The notes under the pieces were generated by a model. That model saw nothing but the letters and a program-made list of their open reading frames with translations, ran no database searches and was not told the origin of the DNA. Both the position numbers and the translations under genes were made by a program. Of a stretch of 64,000 nt of DNA, positions 50,636-58,549 are shown piece by piece (within the stretch, counting starts at the first letter, position 1; every line of letters begins with the position of its first letter). The DNA lies in the IMG/VR virus record IMGVR_UViG_3300017971_000190, positions 62,001 through 126,000 of that record; one strand, written 5' to 3'.

Positions 50636-50677
50636 TCTTATTGTCTTACGGTAGTTTGTCTACCTGCCGACGAGCGC
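50616..50677. repeat. long inverted repeat (14 bp perfect plus 5 bp beyond a bulge)
   Basis: GTCGGCAGGTAGAC (50621-50634) and GTCTACCTGCCGAC (50658-50671), flanked by GCGCT/AGCGC. Confidence 0.9.
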
Positions 50678-50697
50678 TACAACAGGGTGCTCACCAC

Positions 50698-50739
50698 GGG
50701 CCATCGAGGATGCCGGTAACACTCTCGATGGCCCTTTTT
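50698..50739 (+). terminator. intrinsic terminator-like hairpin
   Basis: GGGCCATCGAG/CTCGATGGCCC 11-bp stem followed by TTTTT. Confidence 0.8.
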
Positions 50740-50768
50740 ATATCTCCACTTTGTAAAACCTCACTATC

Positions 50769-51338
50769 ATGCCACAACACATTTGTTTTATTCACCAAAG
50801 TAACGGCCCCATTGACGTTGTCTTTCTCCACGAGCACCACAGAACCCCCAGAGCTTTTGGAGGTACCGACGATGAAGACAACCTAATTTGGTTGTGTGTA
50901 CCTTGTCACGATTTACTACACCGTACTGCTGTCATGTCCATGCATGGTAAGCGTGGTTTAGTAGATGATGTCATTGATCAGTATCTTCCGGGGGATTTAA
51001 ACGCCCAACAAAAATTTAAAACTCTGCTTCATGAGGTAATTCAAGCTAAGACCGCCTTCATGGAAAAAGCAGAAGACCCTGAAGACACTGTACTCATGAA
51101 TCTTAAAATACCCAAACAAGTTCATAGTGTACTTAAAACATGCTCCATGGATCATCAACATCCTAATGGAAGAAATATGGGGTTGTACGCCTTCACTACT
51201 AAAATACTCACACAATTTGCTTTGAATCAGCTTTTTGGAGAATCCTCAGCTCCTCCCCCTCCCGGCTCTGGTGTTCAGGCACCTCCGTCTACTTTGAAAA
51301 AAGAAGCTGTTATGGCTGACTTGGTTAAATTTAAATAA
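50769..51338 (+). CDS. HNH endonuclease domain fused to a putative ribbon-helix-helix domain
   Basis: HEHHRTPRAFGG.D..DNLIWLCVPCHDLLH (HNH); C-terminal LMNLKIPKQVHSVLK...LYAFTTKILTQF has an RHH-like strand-helix-helix pattern. Confidence 0.7.
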   Translation: MPQHICFIHQSNGPIDVVFLHEHHRTPRAFGGTDDEDNLIWLCVPCHDLLHRTAVMSMHGKRGLVDDVIDQYLPGDLNAQQKFKTLLHEVIQAKTAFMEKAEDPEDTVLMNLKIPKQVHSVLKTCSMDHQHPNGRNMGLYAFTTKILTQFALNQLFGESSAPPPPGSGVQAPPSTLKKEAVMADLVKFK

Positions 51339-51390
51339 CTTAGTCTTTTCACGGCATTACACAAAAACTTGACAACAAATTATTTAGTGC

Positions 51391-51419
51391 TTGCTTTTTT
51401 GGCAACCTGGTGCTAAGTT
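51391..51419 (+). promoter_or_regulatory. sigma70-type promoter with extended -10
   Basis: TTGCTT, 17 nt ending TGC, TAAGTT; upstream of 51499. Confidence 0.55.
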
Positions 51420-51498
51420 TGTAAATGTATAGGTAGAAGACCGCCTTCTTTATTGTGACTTTTTGGCGGTCAAAAGGAAACTTTAGTGAGGTAGCATT

Positions 51499-51858
51499 AT
51501 GGCATCGTTAGATTATAGATCGGTCAGCATTCGAATAGGAGTACCTTGTCTAACCCGTATAGATCAATACTGCCAAAATCCAGCTAACAGAGTCGAAAAT
51601 CGTTCCGAATTTATGGGGTTTTGTGCAGCTCGTCAGGCTAGTCGTATTCTAGCTGGTAAAGTTCCTTCTTATGTAGATCTTAGAACAGCGTCTACAACAG
51701 AAGACGAGACTACTACCATAACTATTAGTTTGATTGAGAGACGAGCAGACTTAATTGAACAAGCATGCCGACGTACCAGACATGTTTTTAGTCTCTTTAT
51801 TATTTGGGCAACTATGGCAGAGTTGGATAAAATAGAAGAGACAGAAGCGGTAGCTTAG
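51499..51858 (+). CDS. putative tandem ribbon-helix-helix DNA-binding protein
   Basis: Two units: RSVSIRI...LTRIDQYC...RSEFMGFCA and TTITISL...ADLIEQAC...FSLFIIWA. Confidence 0.55.
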   Translation: MASLDYRSVSIRIGVPCLTRIDQYCQNPANRVENRSEFMGFCAARQASRILAGKVPSYVDLRTASTTEDETTTITISLIERRADLIEQACRRTRHVFSLFIIWATMAELDKIEETEAVA

Positions 51859-52276
51859 ACGTGAAAAATCTCACATAGATTGGAAATTTCTAATCGTCTC
51901 CAATCTGCTTCTGTTTCAGCAGCTTCTTCGTACCCGTTTTTTAACCCTTCAATTTCTCCCACGTCAGGGAAGCAATCAAGCTCTTTTGGCAGTTCCTCCA
52001 GTTTGTGGAGCACAGTCTCGTCATCGTAAAACATGGTTTTTGTCCCTTTTAGAGTTGTAGTATCCATTGGTCAATTATGACTACATTACCATTATGTATA
52101 ACTAATTTGTAATCCCCACCTAAAAGATCTGGGTTTTCATGCTTAAACTTAGCAATTAAGTATTCCGCTGTCATCTGTGATAAAGAACCCAGTTCTAATG
52201 TACCCTCCTTTACTCCAAATACAGAGCTGGTAGCCGTCCAGGTCAACGTAACCGGTGTTTTTCTAGTGTTGTGCAA
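51855..52276 (-). other. two small hypothetical CDSs (52049..52276, 51855..52067)
   Basis: Minus-strand pair with a GAAGGA RBS, downstream of a minus-strand TTGACA at 52345-52350. Confidence 0.6.
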
Positions 52277-52321
52277 AATCGAGTTCCTTCCAAAATACAG
52301 GTTCTAGCACCTAGTAATACG

Positions 52322-52350
52322 AGCCTGGCACACTTTTGAGATCGTGTCAA
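52322..52350 (-). promoter_or_regulatory. possible divergent sigma70-type promoter
   Basis: Minus strand TTGACA, 17 nt ending TGC, CAGGCT. Confidence 0.4.
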
Positions 52351-52479
52351 GTTTTCTTCTCTTTTTAATCGCACTGTAATTTTATTTTACAAATACAAAA
52401 ATAATTTTTAGTTGAAGGCAGTAATTTCAAATAGTTGGACTTATTCCTAAAAATAGGACAGTCTACTTTTCTTTTTTGG

Positions 52480-52508
52480 TTGACAAACCGTTGTTTTACT
52501 GTTACAAG
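52480..52508 (+). promoter_or_regulatory. sigma70-type promoter of parB
   Basis: TTGACA, 17 nt ending TGT, TACAAG; RBS GGAGA before ATG 52554. Confidence 0.6.
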
Positions 52509-52553
52509 ATAATAGAGAGTTGAAAACAAAGTTTCTACAACGGAGAAATTAAA

Positions 52554-53591
52554 ATGACCGAAACCAACGAAATTCCTACCGACAACAAGAAGATCAAGCA
52601 CAGCCACTACAGCCTGTACCCTGAGGCTTTTCGTCCGATGATGGTACCCATTCAGGAGGAGGAGGATGCCACCGTTCGGATGAATATCCGAAACGAGTTC
52701 AGTGAAGATGAGGAGGACTGGGAGGATTTCAAGAATTCCATCAAAGAGTTTGGGATTCTTCAGCCTCTCTGTGTGGCTCCCAACCCCGACAAAACCAACG
52801 GTGTCAAGTATCTGATCATTTTCGGTGAGCGGCGTTGGCGCGCAGCTCGGGAGCTGACCGAAGAGGGGCATCCTGTTCGTGTTCCTTACGTCATCGATAC
52901 CCCTGCCAAGGACGCCGATGAGGAGGAGACGAAGCTGCGTCAGTTCAAGCTCATGGCGTTGGAGAATATCCAGCGTAAGGACTTGACTCACATGGAAAAG
53001 GCTCGTCTCATTTCCACTCTCGAAGACAATGGAATGTCCGTCGAGAAAATCTCGGACATGCTCAACAAGAGTCTGCCGTGGGTCTACAACTACCGCACGC
53101 TCGCGAAAGACGCCAACGAAGAGGTGCAGCAGAAGCTGGCGGAAGGTCGGATCACACAGCAAGCAGCGCTGGACATCGTAAGAAATCATGATCGCGAGTC
53201 TCAGGCAGCCGCGCTGAAGACCGTTCTTTCTCAGGCCAAGTCTCGGGCTGCTACGACGCGAGCTGCCCAGGGCATCAGCGGAAAGAAGATGAACAGCACG
53301 CCTCCGAAGAAATACGTCCAGGCTGTGGTGGACACCCTGCGTGAGGCGGAAGACCTGGAAGGCGTCATGAGTCTGGACGACGCACAGATCCTGCTCGTCA
53401 CCGTGATGCAGTGGGTGCAGGGGAAGAAGGCCGACGTGACGCTGAAGAAGCAGCTCAACGCAGCTTTCGACGGTCAGCTCAACACCCGTGACATGTTCGA
53501 CAACCGGCCGCGTGTGAAGAAGGAGAAGGTGTCAAGCAAGCTAGAGGAGAGCGACAAGCAGACGGAGGAGAACACTTCCGACAGCGAGTAA
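52554..53591 (+). CDS. parB: ParB/RepB/Spo0J family protein
   Basis: SIKEFGILQPL, YLIIFGERRWRAA (CTP-binding box), ENIQRKDL..MEKA and a following HTH (SVEKISDMLNKSLPWVYN). Confidence 0.9.
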   Translation: MTETNEIPTDNKKIKHSHYSLYPEAFRPMMVPIQEEEDATVRMNIRNEFSEDEEDWEDFKNSIKEFGILQPLCVAPNPDKTNGVKYLIIFGERRWRAARELTEEGHPVRVPYVIDTPAKDADEEETKLRQFKLMALENIQRKDLTHMEKARLISTLEDNGMSVEKISDMLNKSLPWVYNYRTLAKDANEEVQQKLAEGRITQQAALDIVRNHDRESQAAALKTVLSQAKSRAATTRAAQGISGKKMNSTPPKKYVQAVVDTLREAEDLEGVMSLDDAQILLVTVMQWVQGKKADVTLKKQLNAAFDGQLNTRDMFDNRPRVKKEKVSSKLEESDKQTEENTSDSE

Positions 53592-53603
53592 TTAATTTCA
53601 CTC

Positions 53604-53813
53604 TACCCGTTGCGTGCTAGGGACGTAGGTTCAAACCAACAACGGGTAACGAGACCAATTAGCAATTGGTCTAGTGAGGACGAGACCTCATGATGAGAAG
53701 CCGAGTAGCTCTCGGTAAAAAACGGGAGTAGTTACGACCTAACGTACCGTGCCGTGAGACACGTGGAAATAAGCTGGAGATTAACAATCGAAGAAAGCGG
53801 ATTTCCAATCTCA
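53604..53813 (+). ncRNA. candidate structured non-coding RNA (unassigned family)
   Basis: Consecutive stems TACCCGTTG/CAACGGGTA, AGACCAATT/AATTGGTCT, TGAGG/CCTCA, CCGAG/CTCGG, GTTA/TAAC, CGTG/CACG and GAGATT/AATCTC in a GC-rich gap with no ORF. Confidence 0.6.
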
Positions 53814-53839
53814 CATTTTTAATTTGGAGAAAAAGTCAA

Positions 53840-54197
53840 ATGCCAAAAAAAGCAACTTATTATTGTATTCGTTGTCTTCTGAAGGGAAGAGAAACTTTTT
53901 GGTCACCAGAAGACGACTTCCCTGATCAGTGTCCTCATTGTAAAATGCATACTTGGAGAACAGACTACGCAGGAGTTATTGAGTACATCAAAAACATGAG
54001 AACAGAGGCAGATGCAATTGAAGAGACGTTCAACAAAATCACAGGAAAAGGTAGAAGAACCTAATCAATCAGGACTGTATTGTCCAAAGCACGGATTTAT
54101 TCCAGAAGGGAAAATTACAACTGTAAAAACTTGTGGAATCTGCATGGAAGAACGTAGTTGTTCAGCAAACGACGCAACAATTTTGCAACGCAGATAA
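53840..54197 (+). other. two small zinc-ribbon CDSs (53840..54064, 54012..54197)
   Basis: CIRC...CPHC and CPKH...CGIC; GGAGA RBS. Confidence 0.6.
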
Positions 54198-54212
54198 AAA
54201 GGAGAAACTATC

Positions 54213-54404
54213 ATGTACAAGTGCGACAAGTGTGGAAACAGTACCGGAGCTGGCCAGGAGCTGATTTGAAGGGTAGTGCAAACCCGCTACAAGGAGTACC
54301 CGGAGCGCAAGGACAAGCGAGGGAACATCATCGATGAGGGTGGTGATGGGCGAGAAATCGTCAAGGAGCTGAAGCTCTGCCCCTCATGTGCTACCGACGC
54401 TTAG
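54213..54404 (+). pseudogene. zinc-ribbon gene interrupted by an in-frame TGA (pseudogene or readthrough)
   Basis: AAGGAG RBS; MYKCDKCG...ELI*RVVQTR...KELKLCPSCATDA, with TGA at 54267-54269 between the two CxxC halves. Confidence 0.75.
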
Positions 54405-54439
54405 ACCTTCTTTTCTCTCCTTCCACTTTGTAAAAACTG

Positions 54440-54468
54440 TTGACACTGCTCCACATTAGTGGTAGCAT
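54440..54468 (+). promoter_or_regulatory. sigma70-type promoter with extended -10
   Basis: TTGACA, 17 nt ending TGG, TAGCAT; CCACAT/ATGTGG inverted repeat straddles the -10. Confidence 0.75.
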
Positions 54469-54517
54469 GTGGTAATAGTGAATCCAAATTCCAATCACCA
54501 AACCAAAGGAAAACTTT

Positions 54518-55636
54518 ATGGACAAGGCAACTTATGAGAAAATGCTGGCTAGAATTTCTGACCGTACTCAGGATGTAAGAGCTACAGCAGGAGAGCTACT
54601 TAATTGTTGGGGTTTCGATTTGGAAGCCCGCCGTCCTGGGGTGGCTTACGTTACCGAAGCTGGTACTCAAGTCACCAATCTCGACATGGCTTGCATTCTC
54701 TCCAAGTTGGTGGAGTGGGGAAGTGTTATTGACCTTAGCACCTACAAGGCTCTTGGTCCTGCTACCAAGCGAGAAGGGGAAATCGTTACCAGCAAAGACC
54801 ACAGACACGGAAAAATTCTTAGTCTCATTGCCCATAGTGAGGTTTTTAACTTTTCTATCCGAATTATGGATATGAATGTGATGACAGCTAAGGATACAGG
54901 AAATTACCGTAATTTCCTCCTCATGCATGATCGCCAGTGGCATGAGGGTTTCCGAAGCCTCACCTTCATTCCTACCGAGATGGAAAAAGAGCTGCTGGCA
55001 AAGATTCCCAGCAACGGTAACACTACCGTTTTCGAGCATTTCATCAGTCCCAATCGTTGGCCTAGCCTTTACGGTCGCTACTACATTCTGGCCAAGGCTC
55101 TTATTCCTCGTCTAAAGGACGAAATTAAATTCCTGAAGAGTGAAATCAACCGACTAATTAAAGCTCTTTCCATTTCTACCGAACCGTGGCCCAAGACAAC
55201 TAGAGGTGCGAGTGCTCCGAAAAAGGTTTGGAAATTTGAAGCTGAGGTAGCCAATGTGAAGGAGCTTCATGGAGACTATACTACTTTCCCAACTACCCAA
55301 GATGGATATGATGAAGCAAAAAACCTAAACAGCCGGCTCAATGGGTTTAAAGAGCAGCTCTCTTTCCAGATTTGCGCTACTGAGTTCTCTTTCTTTGAAA
55401 AAGTGCTCGCTAAGTGCAACATGAGCGATGATGACTTCATCGCGTGGATTGGAGATGGTAGCAATAGCAACTTCATTCCCAAGGCTGCTTGGGTAAATGA
55501 TAAAGAGTGGATGAGCTGGAGGAAAAGCAATAGAAGTAAGCCTTGGATGAGCATGAACATCGATCCTGATAACGGTCTAGCTCTTCGCTGGAAGCCGGGT
55601 AAGAAGACCATTCAGGTAGCTCCTGACCAGGCTTAA
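54518..55636 (+). CDS. hypothetical protein (probable early gene)
   Basis: Long ORF behind a strong promoter and AAGGA RBS; more C/G-ending codons than its neighbours. Confidence 0.75.
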   Translation: MDKATYEKMLARISDRTQDVRATAGELLNCWGFDLEARRPGVAYVTEAGTQVTNLDMACILSKLVEWGSVIDLSTYKALGPATKREGEIVTSKDHRHGKILSLIAHSEVFNFSIRIMDMNVMTAKDTGNYRNFLLMHDRQWHEGFRSLTFIPTEMEKELLAKIPSNGNTTVFEHFISPNRWPSLYGRYYILAKALIPRLKDEIKFLKSEINRLIKALSISTEPWPKTTRGASAPKKVWKFEAEVANVKELHGDYTTFPTTQDGYDEAKNLNSRLNGFKEQLSFQICATEFSFFEKVLAKCNMSDDDFIAWIGDGSNSNFIPKAAWVNDKEWMSWRKSNRSKPWMSMNIDPDNGLALRWKPGKKTIQVAPDQA

Positions 55637-55776
55637 AAAGGAAATTGATGTTTAATTTTATAATTAACTTTGGATTGGCTTGGTTAACAGGCTACATAGT
55701 AGTAAATTCAGGTTTACGACTATACCAATATATTAAAATTGGTAAAGTGATAAACAATCTAGAAAGATAGAACAAC

Positions 55777-57806
55777 GTGGCTCCAAAAATAAATCGAAAA
55801 ACCTGCAACCTAGTTGGGTTTTGGAAAACTAAAAGTGCCCCTAAAAAGAGGTGTGCTAAAAAGTGGACCAGTGGCAAACAAAAACGAGCTGTGCTAGCTT
55901 TTATTAAAGCCGGAACAGTGGTGAACACTAGCAAAGGGTGGGCCAATTGCCGTCTTTGTGGAGCCAAACTAGGTTGCAGCGATTTACTTTTACCAACTGG
56001 CAATTTTCTATGTCCAGCTGGGTTTGAACACTACATCGAAAAACACGGGATTAAACCGCCGAAAAAATTTATTGATGCAGCTGTTACCTGGTACACTGAG
56101 ACTGAGTGGGTCACAGAACGACCCTACCTCAGACTCATTATAGATTTACGCTCTGGAGAGGTAGTCTCCAAACGATTTTTAAAAACAACTACTGTAGAGA
56201 AAAAATCATGAACCACCCGTTTTTCAGCGACAATTTTTTCTTAATTCCGTACTCAATTGCCCCCGTTGTGGGGGAGATTACATTCACCACCATGGAGATG
56301 GTTTTGTTTTTAGTGGAAGCGAAATTAAAATTCCATTTTGGTGTGAATTTTGTGATGATGGGAATAATCTTCCTAAATCTCCTTCCATGTACTTGGTTAT
56401 CAGACAACACGAAGGTAATACGTGGATAGAATGGATTGTGAAATGACTAAAGCAGAAGAGTTAATTTATTCTTTTCCTCTTGGAGAGTTTGCTAAAGAAA
56501 TGAGGGGCAAGATAAAGGATTTTGTTCCTCACCTGGGAGATATAGTCTATTTTCGATTGAACAGTTATTTCGTTTGTGAGGCTACCATTACTGAGGTAAC
56601 ATTTATTCTGCATGACGGTACAAAGGAAAAGTCTAGCGCCTGGTTCTATCTTTTCAAAGAAATAGGAGATGCAGATTCTCATTACTGGTTCCCAGTTTCA
56701 ACAGGAGAGAAAGATGAACTTGGTTGGGGTAAAACCAGGGATGCCGACTTAACAGAACTTCAACGCTATAAAGATAATGGATATAAGATTGTAAATATTC
56801 TAGTAGATGTAGATTTGCCTGTAGGACACAGTTTTGATACCCAGTTTTCTTCTAAATACAGGTATGAAGATGCATACAAATACTTAAATGACGCATTAAA
56901 AGTGTTAAAACCATTCAAACATGCTAAGAAAAGACATAAATCCTCAGCTCTTCACAGGTACGTAAGAAACAATAAAAGATTCATTGCATCAACCCACAAG
57001 AAACAGGTTGAGCAAATGGATTGGCCAACTTACAGAATGTTCAAGGAAAGAAAGGTTTTTTGCAGAAAAAGATAATAATCATGAAGCCTCTGCAAGAAAT
57101 AATAGAAAAATGGTGGCCAAAAGCAATTACCACTACACAGTACGCTACACCTCTACTTAATTTACTACCTCCAGCTAGCTCTGTACTAGACGAGAGGTTT
57201 GTAATAGATAGTTTGTATACCCCACCAGCTCCTATACTTGTCCAGTGTCCCAATTGTGGTTATTGGTTAGATTGGATCTCTAGCCAGTATGATTGCAACT
57301 GGTGTTGTCGTACATGGGACTACGATGGTATTAAAAATCTGGTGAAAAATGGAGGTACTTTCTTCCAAACCAAAACTGAAAACGGAACTACTGTACACCT
57401 TCATGCTTGTTTCGATGTAGCAGTTGGTCTGGAAGCTCACCAGGTTGATAATCTCCTTTGTGATCTCATAGACATTTTCTGGTGTTACCATTTCTTGACA
57501 CAAGATGGTAAAAAAGTTCTAAGTAAACGAGACTACGCTTTTTGTGTTTTTGTTTATCTAGCAATGGAAGAGTATCTTAGAAAACCTCACCAACATTTAA
57601 TCAACCGACTCCGTAAAATTAAAACTCAATTAAGAACTCTTCTTCCACTGGTCATGTACACTAGTACAGATAAACTATTTACAGACCTACAAAAAAGTAA
57701 AAATTGGTCCCACTTTAAACCTAGAAAGAAACTGGACCACAATTGGTGGACTTCTAAACCCTACAGACCTTTAGGTAACATAAAGCAAATGCAGCCTGTG
57801 GTTTAA
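55777..57806 (+). other. hypothetical CDSs 55777..56211, 56422..57075 and 57021..57806
   Basis: Co-directional ORFs; the first has CRLC...EHYIEKHGIKPP. Confidence 0.6.
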
Positions 57807-57842
57807 AGAAAAACAAAGTTAATTTATTTCAAGGAGGCAAAG

Positions 57843-58538
57843 ATGACAACTTCCAGACGCACGTTTTTCAAGGTAGCTGGAGCTGCACTGGTAGGCTCTC
57901 AACTCAGTAGATATGGCAAAGCAATTTCCAAACCAAAAGGACAGTTGGTGAGCCCTGGTACTTATATTGAAGCTAAACCATATGATGGTGATGGTGTTTA
58001 TCTACCTAACCAAAGAACTTGGGGTAGTAAAAATGTTACTACAATTGCTTGTCGTCGCGTAATTTTTTTGGACAAGGGAGAACCAATTGACTGCCTTCCT
58101 AAAGTAGGAACGGTTGTTTCTTCTCCAGACGGCAAGTATCTTTTTACTGTACCTGAACAAGCAGATGTACTACCCATTATTCCTCACACTACTGGTCCTT
58201 GGGATGAAAAAACCTTCGGAGCTGTTCCAGGAATTACTTACAAGGGTGTTAGTATGGTAGTAGAAGCAATTGTGCCTGGTACTGAATACAGTTCCTGTTC
58301 GATTAGAACCGTAACCACTCCCAGTGCTGCCAAACATTTCTCTGTTTGTGAGGATTGGCGAGCCCCTTATAGAGGTGGCATTTGGTCTAAAAGTTATGAA
58401 TCTGGATGTACAGGTGGGTTGGCTTTTGATGCCCTTTATCCTGAATATACTCATGAGTATTTCAGAGCATCTAAAGAAATTCTCAATTCTAAATTAGTTT
58501 ACGATAACGATAAAGGCATTGTCATTTTGCAAAAGTAG
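57843..58538 (+). CDS. protein with a twin-arginine (Tat) signal peptide
   Basis: TSRRTFFKVAGAALVGS fits (S/T)RRxFLK plus a hydrophobic region; AAGGAGG RBS. Confidence 0.7.
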   Translation: MTTSRRTFFKVAGAALVGSQLSRYGKAISKPKGQLVSPGTYIEAKPYDGDGVYLPNQRTWGSKNVTTIACRRVIFLDKGEPIDCLPKVGTVVSSPDGKYLFTVPEQADVLPIIPHTTGPWDEKTFGAVPGITYKGVSMVVEAIVPGTEYSSCSIRTVTTPSAAKHFSVCEDWRAPYRGGIWSKSYESGCTGGLAFDALYPEYTHEYFRASKEILNSKLVYDNDKGIVILQK

Positions 58539-58549
58539 TAGGTTTAAAA

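Noticed and set aside
52365-53189. 274-aa minus-strand ORF opposite parB
   Set aside because: Shadow ORF expected from GC-rich biased codon usage on the + strand; no RBS or motif.
53619-53648. tmRNA or tRNA 3' end (GGACGTAGGTTCAAACC)
   Set aside because: The T-loop is 6 nt, the stem has a mismatch, and there is no acceptor stem or terminal CCA and no tag reading frame.
53688-53720. Hammerhead ribozyme (TGATGA followed by a hairpin)
   Set aside because: The core needs CUGANGA and a GAAA after stem II; the sequence has ATGATGA and TAAAAAA.
50500-54500. Canonical parS site for the ParB
   Set aside because: No TGTTTCACGTGAAACA-like 16-bp palindrome was found by eye; the visible inverted repeats have long loops.
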